Virus record (IMG/VR): IMGVR_UViG_2630968826_000003
Origin: an uncultured virus (IMG/VR IMGVR_UViG_2630968826_000003)
Lineage: Duplodnaviria; Heunggongvirae; Uroviricota; Caudoviricetes
Length of the DNA stretch: 64,000 nt
Direction: 5' to 3' (one strand)
Both the position numbers and the translations under genes were made by a program. Of this stretch, positions 48,805-59,099 are shown in pieces; position 1 is the stretch's first letter; each line of letters starts with the position of its first letter. A model generated the notes under the pieces. The model was not told the DNA's origin. It did no database searches and worked only from the letters and a program-made list of their open reading frames with translations.

Positions 48805-50826
48805 CTAAAACCATCCCGGCCACAGCTCCTGCATTGGCTCGTTTTGCTTCTCCTGTAGTCGCCCGTTCCGGTAAATGAGTGCAGACTGACCGAAACGAAG
48901 CCCTCCACCTCGTTCCAGAATGTCTATTTCTTCATCAGAACCATCAAACCCCCGGCTGCGCAATTCCAGTTTTAACCGTCTGCGGGTTCCACCCTCCGTA
49001 CAGTTATTGACAGAACTCCAAGGGGCGGCGTTGCCGCCAGAAAAACCCGCCTCCGCTGACGCTTCGGCCAACTTCGCAACCTTCTGCCACTTAACCAAAC
49101 GGGTGCAAACTTCTGAATCAGGAACCAAAGGAGAATAAACACCCTGTACGCGCTGCACGTCCTCCGCATATTCGTTACCCTGTTCCGTAATTTCATAGGC
49201 CAGACGAACAACCAGATCACGGCGGGCAACCAGTGCGCCGCCCTGCGCCTGGGTATATGCAGCCCAGTCCCCGACATCAGCAGCAGCCAGAACCGCATCC
49301 ATTCTGCGATCGGTCAGCACCTGATCCCGCAACCGACGAAGCTCACGCCAGACTGTCACCGGCGCACCGCCAATCTGCTGAAACTGGCGAATGCGCCAGC
49401 GTGAAGCCCATGCAGAAACGGATTTAGCCATATCCCGCAAGTTTTCACCGGTTTCTTCGTCCTGCTCGCCATCCAGCGCAAATCCATCAATGTTTTTGGA
49501 AATGTATTTGGCGATGTAGCCCGTCGCTGACCCTTTAGCGGGATCGATGGCTTCAACATGGAAACGTGCCTTTAGCGCATTTGGCGTTTGCAGTTCTTCG
49601 GAGTCGGTAATTCTGGCGTGATAACAAAGAATATCGCGTACCGTGTCCACGTCCTGCGGGCGCATGAACAGCAACATATGCCAGTGTGGTGTCCCATCAT
49701 GGTGAGGTTCGACAACCCTGAACCCAAATACATGGATACCCGCACGCGAGATCGCGGCACGGGCTTTTGCCCATACGCCACATAAATAGCGCTGGGTATC
49801 CTGCGGCGTACTTCCATCCCATTGCGATACAAAGCCCCCTTTGCTGTGTACCGCATGGAAACGTGATGGCGCGGTGATAGTGTAAAACTCACCGGCCAGC
49901 CCTTCTTCATTGGCCATATCTTCAAATCCTCGCATTCTTACCATTAGCTCACAGCGACGGATCGCCGGATTTGCAACGCTGCGGTGTACCATGCTGTCCA
50001 GTGCAATGCGCAGCCCTTCATCATTCAGCAGATCAAACTTTTTAAAGAACTCCAGATTTTGCTTTTTCTGTTCTATCCATTCCCCCAGGGTTTTACGGGA
50101 TACATAAGCGCTGGCCGCTTTCTGCACCTGCCCCACGGCTATGGCCATATGCTCACGCTGTACGTCACGCGCTCGCTTCAGGCGCAGATACCACCATTCA
50201 GGTGCCATCATGCGAAGAATGCCGGATTCAGCCTTACGTGTTTCCAGTTGCCCGGCATTGGCTTCATGTTCTGCCCAGTATGGCGGCTGATTATTCAGCA
50301 TCAGACTGCACGCACAAAGATAGCGATAAGACTCCATCGTTCGGCGGTGCAGCTCTTTAGCGTCGTCAGTGCCGTAATCAAACCGTTCGGTGAAGTCATA
50401 CAGCGACTGGGATATCCAGCCAGATATCTGGCCAGCCAGTTTTTTAAGTTCCGGGCGGTCAAGTGACGGCAGGCGTTCCAGCGACTTGCCAAAAGGAAGG
50501 TCTATTGCATCAGCGGCCAGCTTATAACGAGTAGCCACTTTGCGCAGACGTGGCAATACACTCCCGCCGATGGTCTGGCGCAGGAATGTATTGGCACGGC
50601 GACGCCCGTCACGACCAGCAAAAAGCTTTTCATAGCGACGGCCAAAATACCCGGCTAACCAGTCGGGTATTTCATGCAGGTATTGAGCGCGCCATTTATG
50701 ATCCTGCGGGTTTACAGCCCACAGGCGGCGCTCCGTGATTGTCACGTCTGCCGGTGTACCTGGCGCGAAGGTTTCACGCCGCCAGGCATCGACGGCGTAA
50801 CATTGTTCATTTACAGCCAGCGTCAT
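48805..50826 (-). CDS. A: Rolling-circle replication protein A
   Basis: [34 protein letters not shown]. Confidence 0.95.
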   Translation of the reverse strand: MTLAVNEQCYAVDAWRRETFAPGTPADVTITERRLWAVNPQDHKWRAQYLHEIPDWLAGYFGRRYEKLFAGRDGRRRANTFLRQTIGGSVLPRLRKVATRYKLAADAIDLPFGKSLERLPSLDRPELKKLAGQISGWISQSLYDFTERFDYGTDDAKELHRRTMESYRYLCACSLMLNNQPPYWAEHEANAGQLETRKAESGILRMMAPEWWYLRLKRARDVQREHMAIAVGQVQKAASAYVSRKTLGEWIEQKKQNLEFFKKFDLLNDEGLRIALDSMVHRSVANPAIRRCELMVRMRGFEDMANEEGLAGEFYTITAPSRFHAVHSKGGFVSQWDGSTPQDTQRYLCGVWAKARAAISRAGIHVFGFRVVEPHHDGTPHWHMLLFMRPQDVDTVRDILCYHARITDSEELQTPNALKARFHVEAIDPAKGSATGYIAKYISKNIDGFALDGEQDEETGENLRDMAKSVSAWASRWRIRQFQQIGGAPVTVWRELRRLRDQVLTDRRMDAVLAAADVGDWAAYTQAQGGALVARRDLVVRLAYEITEQGNEYAEDVQRVQGVYSPLVPDSEVCTRLVKWQKVAKLAEASAEAGFSGGNAAPWSSVNNCTEGGTRRRLKLELRSRGFDGSDEEIDILERGGGLRFGQSALIYRNGRLQEKQNEPMQELWPGWF

Positions 50827-51656
50827 GCGCTGACCTCACAAGTGGCCGCAGAAGGCCATTTAAGTATCAGTTCTGCCGCCATTTTCGGGCTTGCAGCTGC
50901 CGCACCAACACTACGCGGCGCATTAACCTTTAAGGCTTCAAACCCTGCGTAAAGGTAATGCACCATTTCCAGATCGCTGTTTGACGCGACAACCTGAATC
51001 CCACGTTCTGCCAAACGCCGTAGCTTACGCGCCAGCCGCCCCTGATCCATGTGCGAAAAACCACGCTCATGGTAAGCGGTGAAATTATCGCTATCAGTCA
51101 GATAAGGCGGATCGCAGTAAACAACGTCATTCCCGTCCCGAACCAAATCAAGCGTTTCTGAATAGTGGGCAGTAATGAACGTTGCGCGTTTAGCCTTTTT
51201 CGCAAACGACATAATTTCATCTTCGGGAAAATACGGCTTTTTATAATTGCCATACGGCACATTGAACGCACCGCGCTGGTTATAGCGACACAGACCACGA
51301 TAGCCATGACGATTTAAATAGAGAAACGCTACAGCCCTCCAAAGCTCCGTAGCATCCGTTGATGTATTGAACTGTTCCCGAATGTCATAATAAACAGAAG
51401 CATTATTGCCCAATTCAAAAAGACCTTTAGCTTCCCAAATAAACATATCGGGTGCTTCCTGAATTGCCCGATACATATGAATAAGATCTGAATTCACATC
51501 TGCGATCAGATACTCGTCATAATCCGTATTCATCATGACAGCACAGGAACCGGCAAAAGGTTCAACCAAGCGTTTACCTTCTGGAAGGTGCGGACGCAGC
51601 TTAGGCATAAGGCGGGCTTTGCTGCCCACCCATTTAAGCGGAGTTTTAACGGCCAT
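50823..51656 (-). CDS. dam: Dam-family DNA adenine methylase
   Basis: Start [25 protein letters not shown]. Confidence 0.93.
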   Translation of the reverse strand: MAVKTPLKWVGSKARLMPKLRPHLPEGKRLVEPFAGSCAVMMNTDYDEYLIADVNSDLIHMYRAIQEAPDMFIWEAKGLFELGNNASVYYDIREQFNTSTDATELWRAVAFLYLNRHGYRGLCRYNQRGAFNVPYGNYKKPYFPEDEIMSFAKKAKRATFITAHYSETLDLVRDGNDVVYCDPPYLTDSDNFTAYHERGFSHMDQGRLARKLRRLAERGIQVVASNSDLEMVHYLYAGFEALKVNAPRSVGAAAASPKMAAELILKWPSAATCEVSA

Positions 51657-51975
51657 TTTTAGCCTCCGCCAGCAACTGAAACAAACCACCGTTTGTGTAG
51701 AGGTAAGCAGCAACATCAAAAAGAGACATTGAATTAATGGACAAAACCACCCAGCTTTCAAAGCCAGCAACAACTTCATTTACTGGCAGAACATGAGTGA
51801 TCACCGCTGACCATTCCCTACCGGTGTATTTTCCGTGACTCCACTCCTTTAATGAAAGAACATCACCTACCTTATAATTACGGTCATTTTTGCGTAGTTC
51901 GGCCTTTTTCTGGCCAGCCACTACAGCATTAAGATATTTAGGCGCTATCTTCAGCGTATGAACTTTTATTGCCAT
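51646..51975 (-). CDS. ASCH/PUA-like protein (DUF3850)
   Basis: HTLKI...[25 protein letters not shown]...YTGR. Confidence 0.8.
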   Translation of the reverse strand: MAIKVHTLKIAPKYLNAVVAGQKKAELRKNDRNYKVGDVLSLKEWSHGKYTGREWSAVITHVLPVNEVVAGFESWVVLSINSMSLFDVAAYLYTNGGLFQLLAEAKNGR

Positions 51976-52196
51976 GCTGCACCGCCTTTACTAAAAGTCA
52001 CCGATTCTTCGCGCAGCAGTTCAATTATTTCAGCAGCATTAAGCCCCTCGGTGTCCGCATGGGTGGCCAGCTTATCCAGACGAGAGGAAAACAGAACGGC
52101 GGCTGCTGCCTTTCCCTCATCTACGGCTTTTTTTAAGATTTCCTGATAGTTTGAAAGCGGAGTAGTAACGTTTACTTCAGAGCTAATTTGTGCCAT
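51966..52196 (-). CDS. DUF2732-like early protein
   Basis: SSRLDKLA...[10 protein letters not shown]. Confidence 0.7.
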   Translation of the reverse strand: MAQISSEVNVTTPLSNYQEILKKAVDEGKAAAAVLFSSRLDKLATHADTEGLNAAEIIELLREESVTFSKGGAAWQ

Positions 52197-52263
52197 TTCA
52201 ATATCCTCAAGGCAAAAGAATCCCCGGCCACTTGAACCGTGGCCAAAAAATTCAGGTTGTTAA

Positions 52264-52665
52264 TTAGTGAAAAGCGGGTTGTGTAGTGACGGCTGAATAA
52301 TTCGGTGCCGGAATAAGGTGAAGCTCATAGGTTGTCCGCCACCACTCCTGGATCAGCGCCTTTATCTCGCCAACACCCAGCGCCCCGGCTGTATAGAAAA
52401 TTGCGCGAATCCCCGCCAGCGCTTCAATCTGTGCCTCTTTGCTCTCAGCTTCGCGGTACACGCAGCACCAGAAAGCGGCATTGATCGCCAGCCAGTGGCG
52501 CTGGTTAGTCATGTGTTCGGTGTCATTGAAGAAGAATGGATGCAACGCAATGCGGCCATTTTTACTGGCGCTTTTCTCTGCAAATGCTACCGCGTAGTTA
52601 TGTGGGACACCCCACACAGCCAGTTCAGCCCCCAACGATTTACCCTCTACGGAAATAATGCTCAT
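52264..52665 (-). CDS. Hypothetical early protein
   Basis: 133-aa ORF coupled to its neighbours in the early operon. Confidence 0.7.
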   Translation of the reverse strand: MSIISVEGKSLGAELAVWGVPHNYAVAFAEKSASKNGRIALHPFFFNDTEHMTNQRHWLAINAAFWCCVYREAESKEAQIEALAGIRAIFYTAGALGVGEIKALIQEWWRTTYELHLIPAPNYSAVTTQPAFH

Positions 52666-53090
52666 TAGTGATTCCCCTGCTGCAATTTATGGACAATATG
52701 AGGTGCGATAATCATCTGCACTTTGTTCCTGGTATTAATGGGATGGACGATTTTTACTGGACGTTCAGCGGTTCGTCTGGAGAAATCACTGTCCCGTAAA
52801 CTCCCGAATCCGCTAAAAGTTAAACGAGCACGGGAAATTCCCTGGCGCAGCTGTATCATGTCCCGATACTCCAACCGCTCAAAAAGTTCTCGCCAGCAAC
52901 AATTACTTAAGCTGCGTTTAAAAACGCCGGATCTGGAATTGATTGCAGCAGCATGAAGAACCACCCCGCGCCATTCTGGTGTCAGGTTGTCCCACCATTC
53001 AGCGGCTTCACTGCTAGTACTGAAATATTTGCGCCGAATCTTTTTAAGATGATCCAGCCCACGCTTTTGCTGCTCATGGTTAATTGCCAT
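52665..53090 (-). CDS. Hypothetical early protein
   Basis: Start MAINHEQ; operon-coupled. Confidence 0.65.
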   Translation of the reverse strand: MAINHEQQKRGLDHLKKIRRKYFSTSSEAAEWWDNLTPEWRGVVLHAAAINSRSGVFKRSLSNCCWRELFERLEYRDMIQLRQGISRARLTFSGFGSLRDSDFSRRTAERPVKIVHPINTRNKVQMIIAPHIVHKLQQGNH

Positions 53091-53307
53091 AACGCCCCCC
53101 AACCATTCCCAGCAGGCGGCGGGTTTTAGTCGTCAGGAAACGCAGAACAGAACCGCCCTTCATCTGGACAGACTCATGTGCATTGAATTTATAGGTGTGA
53201 CCAGGATTCCAGCGCTGGCCGTTCGGCAGTTCTATCCAACCGGTTGAACCACTGGGTAACTGCATAGCCGGTGATTCTTTTTTCAGGTAAGTCACAAACG
53301 CTTTCAT
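53080..53307 (-). CDS. Fil-like (DUF2724) protein
   Basis: YLKKESPAMQL...GWIELPNGQRWNP; follows cII. Confidence 0.68.
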   Translation of the reverse strand: MKAFVTYLKKESPAMQLPSGSTGWIELPNGQRWNPGHTYKFNAHESVQMKGGSVLRFLTTKTRRLLGMVGGRYGN

Positions 53308-53316
53308 AATGTTCCC

Positions 53317-53820
53317 TCACATCAGGCCAGTGGCATTCGTCGTGACCAGATCCACCGCTGCGGCTAAAACCGGCGCAGAATGGATACGGCTTTCAACGGT
53401 GTAAGCCAACACGGAAAGGCTACGGATAGCATCGCGAGCGCGATCAAGAATTTGTGTACGGCGGGCGGCGGTCATGTGCTCTGTTGATACCGCTTCCCCA
53501 GCAATCGCGCCCACACTGGCGGTAGCGCTCAACGCGCAAAACTGCATATTCGCTTCAGTTGCGTTATTTACCGGCACTGATGGCAAACAATTAATTTGCG
53601 AAAGCATTCCATCCAGCAGACGCGCATCTTCTGTATGGTCAGTAATGGCCAGAAGTTCATCACAGGTCAGGCGATGCGGTTGTAACGGATTTAACTTATT
53701 GCGTAACAACTGTGGTCTCATACCAACGGCAGCGGCCACATCTTCCAGATTGTGTGCTAGCGCGAACGCTCGGCAAGCGGCATTAAAGTGCGCATGTTTA
53801 GAAGTCTGATAATCAAACAT
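53317..53820 (-). CDS. cII: CII activator
   Basis: MFDYQTSKHAHFNAACRAFA, LRNKLNP. Confidence 0.9.
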   Translation of the reverse strand: MFDYQTSKHAHFNAACRAFALAHNLEDVAAAVGMRPQLLRNKLNPLQPHRLTCDELLAITDHTEDARLLDGMLSQINCLPSVPVNNATEANMQFCALSATASVGAIAGEAVSTEHMTAARRTQILDRARDAIRSLSVLAYTVESRIHSAPVLAAAVDLVTTNATGLM

Positions 53821-53857
53821 AGTTTTATCCCTAAAAATATTTAATATTGATAAGGAG

Positions 53858-54061
53858 TTAAGAAACCCACGGACTTTGGTCTGCAGTCCATGCCAGCCAA
53901 TCGACATAAACCCGCTCGCCGCGTTTATCTTTTGGTTTGATCTTCAGACGACCATTTTGATACCAATAGCGGGCGCGACGCAGGGGAACGCCGGAACGTT
54001 CACAAAAGGTGTTTAAATCTACCCAACGGTTTTCGCTATATGTTGAAACGGTGGATGTCAT
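53858..54061 (-). CDS. Cox/Apl-like repressor-excisionase
   Basis: 67 aa winged-HTH-like, divergent from cI. Confidence 0.72.
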   Translation of the reverse strand: MTSTVSTYSENRWVDLNTFCERSGVPLRRARYWYQNGRLKIKPKDKRGERVYVDWLAWTADQSPWVS

Positions 54062-54132
54062 AAGGCAAAATCCTCTAACTATGGCTGTCAGTCAGTGTCA
54101 ATGTTTGGTAGCCAGTGTGAATCGATGTAAGG

Positions 54133-54167
54133 TTTTAGTGTTCATGAGCATGGTATGAACACTAAAA
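54133..54167. promoter_or_regulatory. Inverted repeat in the cox/cI switch region (likely operator)
   Basis: ttttagtgttcat-N9-atgaacactaaaa. Confidence 0.6.
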
Positions 54168-54197
54168 TGAAATGTCAACAAAAAATGACAACTTTAG

Positions 54198-54773
54198 GTG
54201 TTCACTATGAATTTAGAGACGGGTGCGCGTGAGGCTATCGAACGCATATGTGAGGTTTACGGATTCACATCGCGTAACCAATTAGCTAAACATATTGGAA
54301 TCACTAACAGTTCGCTTGGTAATAGGATAATGCGGGATAACTTTCCAGCAGATATTGCAATTAGATGTGCGCTTGAAACAGGGGCCGCATTGCATTGGCT
54401 TGTTACAGGCGATGGCCCGAAATTCGATCATGCCTTCAGTGATACCGTAAGAATTCCTTCATATAAATTTGAAGGAACAAAATTGGTGAAAACAGCATCA
54501 TTTTTGTTCGATAAGGCAATGCTTCCCGACCACGTAGGCAACCCGGAAATCATCACCGAAGGAAACGCCAAATATCTGGTTGATAGAGCCGACTACCCCG
54601 CTGCCGATGGCAAATATCTGATTGAATACTCCGAAACCCAAAGCATTAAAGAACTAACACTATTACCGGGTAATAAGCTGCGCATCGACTGGGGAAAATA
54701 CCCGCTCGATTGTGAAATCGGCGACGTAAAAATAATAGGCAAAGTCATCATGACGATGGTGGTTAACACTTAA
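54198..54773 (+). CDS. cI: CI immunity repressor
   Basis: AIERICEVYGF...RDNFPAD...CALETGAALHWLVTG. Confidence 0.9.
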   Translation: MFTMNLETGAREAIERICEVYGFTSRNQLAKHIGITNSSLGNRIMRDNFPADIAIRCALETGAALHWLVTGDGPKFDHAFSDTVRIPSYKFEGTKLVKTASFLFDKAMLPDHVGNPEIITEGNAKYLVDRADYPAADGKYLIEYSETQSIKELTLLPGNKLRIDWGKYPLDCEIGDVKIIGKVIMTMVVNT

Positions 54774-55783
54774 TGGCGGTTCGTAAAATAGACTCTGGCG
54801 AATGGCTATGCGACCTGCGGCCTACTGGCGTCAAGGGAAAACGCATTCGCAAAAAATTTGCCACTAAAGGCGAAGCGCTGGCTTATGAAAAATACATTGC
54901 CAGCGAAATGGAAGAAAAGCCATGGTTAGGTGAAAAGCAAGATAATCGACGACTATCAGAACTGATTGAACAGTGGCACGACCTTTACGGCCGTACACTC
55001 TCTGATGCGGATCGGATGATGTCAAAATTGAAAGGTATCTGTGCGGGCATGGGCGATCCCATAGCGGCACAAATCACATCCGCAGATTTTAGCCAATATC
55101 GTGAGGGCCGATTAAAAGGTGAAATTCCCGATGTTAACGGTCGACTAATGCCGATACAGCCCCAGACGGTAAATCATGAGCAGCGCAACCTCTCAGCTGT
55201 ATTTGGTACGCTAAAAAAACTGGGGCACTGGTCATTACCTAATCCTCTGGCAGGTATTCCAACATTCAAAGTTGATGAAAAAATGGTTTCTTTTTTGTAC
55301 CCAGAAGAGATCAAAAGCCTGCTGCAATACCTATCAGAATCAAGCAGTGATAGCGTACTTATAATCACCAAAATCTGCTTGGCTACAGGGGCCAGATGGA
55401 GTGAGGCCGAAAATTTAGAAGGTGCGCAGGTCACGCCGTATCGGATAACCTACAAGAACACCAAAAATGGAAGAGTCAGATCGATTCCTATCTCGAAAGA
55501 ACTGTATGACGAAATTCCGAAAAAACGTGGGCGTTTGTTCACGCCATGCCGTAAGACTTTTGAACGAGTAGTGGCTAAAGCGGGCATTGAGTTACCTGAC
55601 GGGCAATGCACACACGTACTGCGTCATACATTTGCCAGTCATTTTATGATGAACGGTGGAAACATCCTTGTCCTCAAAGAAATACTTGGGCATTCAGATA
55701 TAAAAATGACAATGATTTACGCACATTTCGCGCCTACACATTTAGAAGATGCTGTACTTAAAAACCCTTTGGCTAACCTTTAA
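54773..55783 (+). CDS. int: Tyrosine integrase of prophage 2
   Basis: TGARWSEA, HVLRHTFASH, LGHSDI, YAH; closely similar to int at 22062. Confidence 0.95.
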   Translation: MAVRKIDSGEWLCDLRPTGVKGKRIRKKFATKGEALAYEKYIASEMEEKPWLGEKQDNRRLSELIEQWHDLYGRTLSDADRMMSKLKGICAGMGDPIAAQITSADFSQYREGRLKGEIPDVNGRLMPIQPQTVNHEQRNLSAVFGTLKKLGHWSLPNPLAGIPTFKVDEKMVSFLYPEEIKSLLQYLSESSSDSVLIITKICLATGARWSEAENLEGAQVTPYRITYKNTKNGRVRSIPISKELYDEIPKKRGRLFTPCRKTFERVVAKAGIELPDGQCTHVLRHTFASHFMMNGGNILVLKEILGHSDIKMTMIYAHFAPTHLEDAVLKNPLANL

Positions 55784-55899
55784 CGAGATCCACATAGTGT
55801 CCATTCAGCGTGTCAGTGGCTGTTATTAATTGTCAGTGATTGTTAATCATCCCTTTGATTTATAACATAACTCATTGTTTTTCTGTACCTATTGGAAGA

Positions 55900-55944
55900 A
55901 TGTAGGAATTTCGGACGCGGGTTCAACTCCCGCCAGCTCCACCA
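55900..55944 (+). repeat. ssrA: att core: second copy of the ssrA 3' end
   Basis: Identical to 24224-24268. Confidence 0.92.
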
Positions 55945-55978
55945 CTTTTTAGTTGTTTGAAGTACAATGAAGTCTACT

Positions 55979-56012
55979 AAGCCCGCATGGAACCAGCCTT
56001 GCGGGCTTTTTT
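55979..56012 (+). terminator. Terminator downstream of the ssrA copy
   Basis: aagcccgca...tgcgggctt stem followed by a T run. Confidence 0.7.
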
Positions 56013-56109
56013 ACGTCTATAGTAGTCTAGTGAGAATTGCTGAGAACTATCACTTATGGCACCCTGAATGGGACCCACAACGAAGGGTCCTAAAATCGAG
56101 GGTCCCAAA

Positions 56110-57339
56110 ATGGCAAAAATCGCTAAGAAGCTCACTGACACTGAAATCAAAAGCACCAAGCCAGCCGACAAAGAAATCAACTTGTTTGACGGAGATGGTT
56201 TGATACTACGAATCGCTCCCCTCTCGAAAGGAGGGAAGAAGAATTGGTATTTCAGGTATGCAGTGCCAGTGACCAAAAAGCGAACTAAAGTAAGCTTAGG
56301 AACCTATCCTCATCTTACACTTGCCAAGGCACGAGCTTTACGTGAAGAATACCTTTCCTTGCTTGCCAATGGCATTGATCCTCAAGTCCATAACAACGAT
56401 AAAGCTAATGCCTTAAAGAACGCCACTGAACATACTCTCCAAGCCGTGGCAAGGAAATGGTTGGAGGAGAAGGTAAAGACCTCAGGTATCTCACAAGACC
56501 ATGCAGAAGACATCTGGCGAAGCCTGGAGAGAAATATCTTTCCCGGCTTGGGTAATGTTCCTGTCAATGAGATTCGACCCAAACTCTTAAAGCAACATCT
56601 TGACCCTATTGAGCAACGAGGAGTCCTCGAAACTTTACGGCGAATCATTTCCCGCCTGAATGAAATTTTCCGCTATGCAGCAACAGAAGAACTCATAGAG
56701 TTCAATCCGGCTGACAACCTGGGGCAACGGTTCAGTAAGCCTAAAAAACAGAATATGCCAGCATTACCCCCTTCCGAATTACCCCGCTTTCTATTGGTGT
56801 TAAACAATGCCTCTGTCCGTTTGGAGACTCGATTGCTGATTGAATGGCAGTTACTGACCTGGGTTCGTCCTGGTGAAGCTGTACGCACAAGATGGGCTGA
56901 TATAGATATCGATAATTCAGTGTGGAACATCCCAGCTGAGTTTATGAAAATGAAGAAGCCTCACAAAGTTCCACTAAGCAAAGAAGCTTTGAGAGTCCTG
57001 GAGTCAATGAAAGCGATAAGTGGGCATCGTGAATGGGTGTTTCCAAGCATAAAGGCTCCTCTTAACCATATGCATGAACAAACAGCTAATGCGGCCATAA
57101 TCCGTATGGGCTTTGGGGGAGAGCTTGTAGCCCATGGAATGAGATCAATAGCACGTACGGCCGCAGAGGAGTCTGGTAAATTCAGAACAGATGTCTTAGA
57201 AGCGGCCCTTGCCCACTCGAAGAAAGATGAAATAATTGCAGCTTACAATCGTGCTGAGTATCTCGCTGAACGAGTTGGTCTCATGCAGTGGTGGAGTGAT
57301 TATTTGCGGTCTCAAAGACACAAAAGTATTGCGGCCTGA
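56110..57339 (+). CDS. P4/CP4-57-family integrase
   Basis: LTDTEIK, LFDGDGL, SLGTYP..TLA.AR, VRPGEA, HGMRSIA, LAH, AYNR. Confidence 0.93.
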   Translation: MAKIAKKLTDTEIKSTKPADKEINLFDGDGLILRIAPLSKGGKKNWYFRYAVPVTKKRTKVSLGTYPHLTLAKARALREEYLSLLANGIDPQVHNNDKANALKNATEHTLQAVARKWLEEKVKTSGISQDHAEDIWRSLERNIFPGLGNVPVNEIRPKLLKQHLDPIEQRGVLETLRRIISRLNEIFRYAATEELIEFNPADNLGQRFSKPKKQNMPALPPSELPRFLLVLNNASVRLETRLLIEWQLLTWVRPGEAVRTRWADIDIDNSVWNIPAEFMKMKKPHKVPLSKEALRVLESMKAISGHREWVFPSIKAPLNHMHEQTANAAIIRMGFGGELVAHGMRSIARTAAEESGKFRTDVLEAALAHSKKDEIIAAYNRAEYLAERVGLMQWWSDYLRSQRHKSIAA

Positions 57340-57686
57340 ATAAAAAAATTTTTAAAGAAAACAATAGAATACTCAAAAATAAACTCTCTGTATATTGTAC
57401 CTATTATACTTCTTTAAAAATCAAAGGATATCAATGTATATGCAGAGATGCACCCTTAATAAATGTTTCAACTAAAGATCCAATATATGAAACCAATATA
57501 CACAACATGTAAAGATGATGCCTATGCTTAGTAAGCATCTTTACACAATGAATTCACTGCCATTCATTTTTTAGCAATCCGATCAAACCTTGATTTTGTC
57601 AAATTTCAGTTTAGATAAAACACTAATCTTATACAAAACTTCATTGAAGGAACAATTCCCCCCCTGAAAATTAACCATGAAACCTT

Positions 57687-59099
57687 CTACTTCAAATCAG
57701 CCAGTTCTTTTTCTTTTATAAATTTTGTTTTCACCCCCAACAAACTATATATATAACCACCACGTTCAATTAACCTATCATCGTTTGTTAGGAAGTAATC
57801 AGCTTTCCAAGCATGTGCTAAATGCTGAACATCCTGGTAGCTCGATAGTATTTTTTTCTTATCACGAACCCTTTCAGTTTTATAATTAATAATATCTAAA
57901 AATTCGCTAACTCTCTCTATAATTTCAACATAATCGAAGTCTTTATCAACACTAATTCTCCCTGCTTTCATGTCCTCTAGATCGAATTGGTTTGTTATAT
58001 TCAACAAAACACTTTGTAAAAAATCGAAAAAACTGGCATTGATATCATTTATCATGATATTTTTTGTAGAATCAATAGCCATGAAAAAATCAGATATATC
58101 ATCATTGATTTTTGAAACTATTCTGCTATCTTTTCGTACAAATGGATATGCGAAATAGTTTAATTTAGCTTTATAATACTTTATATTTTCAGCAACCGAA
58201 GTCGCAGGTAACCATTCAATAACTCTATTAACCAAAGTATAAAACTCTTCTTTCACATAGCGTATTTCATTATTAACCTTGGAAATAAAAACACCATTTG
58301 TAAGTTTTAATACTTGTGCCAAGTATAAATTAAAATATACATAATCCATTTTAATCCCATCTTCAACCAAATAAGGACTAAACACAAACACATACTCACC
58401 ACTTTCTTTTAAAGAATTCAAAAGCGACCGGAGTTTTTTATTTTTCTCAGAACAATATGCACTAATAATATTTTGATCTATATATACAACTTTTTTATTG
58501 TGAAGTAAATTCTCTGCATCAACTTGCTCATACTCTATTAGCTGATCAACAGCTAATGAAGCGTAATTTGATATGTCATCACATGATTGAATTTTTTTAT
58601 AAGAAAAATACTCCACCATAAAAGCATTATAATTAGCATCAATGGAAGAGTAAAACTTTGTTAGTTCATTCCTCATATCATCATCTTTTAAAACAAAATG
58701 CATGAAACTATAGTTCTTATATAAACTACAAATAACAATCTCCATAGGGACATTACTATTAAAACCAAAAATGCGTAAAATTTCGCTATAAAAAATGTCA
58801 TTATCCTTTATAAGAGTTTCGCAATTCATTTTGAAATCACTTAGCTTACTACTAATCATACAAAGATCATAATAATGCACAGAAAAATCATTATTTATTG
58901 GGAGGCTTATTTCCTTTATTTTATCAATGTTATTTTTAGTGAAATCTGAAATTACTTGTGATAAATCGCAGTATGTTTTGTATTTATCCGTATAAGTATA
59001 ATCGATTAGATGATATAAATCACTACTAATTAGATCAATATACTCAGTCAATATAACCAATGCAGATTTTGATAAAATTTTAATATGGTCAATTTCCAT
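57687..59099 (-). CDS. Protein with a C-terminal PIN-like nuclease domain
   Basis: VYIDQNII, SPYLVED, DVQHLAHAWKADYFLTND acidic motifs; helical N-terminal half. Confidence 0.65.
   Translation of the reverse strand: MEIDHIKILSKSALVILTEYIDLISSDLYHLIDYTYTDKYKTYCDLSQVISDFTKNNIDKIKEISLPINNDFSVHYYDLCMISSKLSDFKMNCETLIKDNDIFYSEILRIFGFNSNVPMEIVICSLYKNYSFMHFVLKDDDMRNELTKFYSSIDANYNAFMVEYFSYKKIQSCDDISNYASLAVDQLIEYEQVDAENLLHNKKVVYIDQNIISAYCSEKNKKLRSLLNSLKESGEYVFVFSPYLVEDGIKMDYVYFNLYLAQVLKLTNGVFISKVNNEIRYVKEEFYTLVNRVIEWLPATSVAENIKYYKAKLNYFAYPFVRKDSRIVSKINDDISDFFMAIDSTKNIMINDINASFFDFLQSVLLNITNQFDLEDMKAGRISVDKDFDYVEIIERVSEFLDIINYKTERVRDKKKILSSYQDVQHLAHAWKADYFLTNDDRLIERGGYIYSLLGVKTKFIKEKELADLK

Larger units (their letters stand above)
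24224..55944. mobile_element. P2-like prophage 2 (HP1/K139 type), apparently complete, about 31.7 kb
   Basis: Flanked by 45-bp direct repeats; complete tail, lysis, head, replication, switch and int gene set. Confidence 0.93.

Noticed and set aside
54086..56110. Short periodic repeats, including the ggcacc/gggacc/gggtcc units before the island integrase, as a possible CRISPR array
   Set aside because: Units are 5-8 bp with no spacers and no cas genes; better explained as Cox/Apl and integrase arm sites
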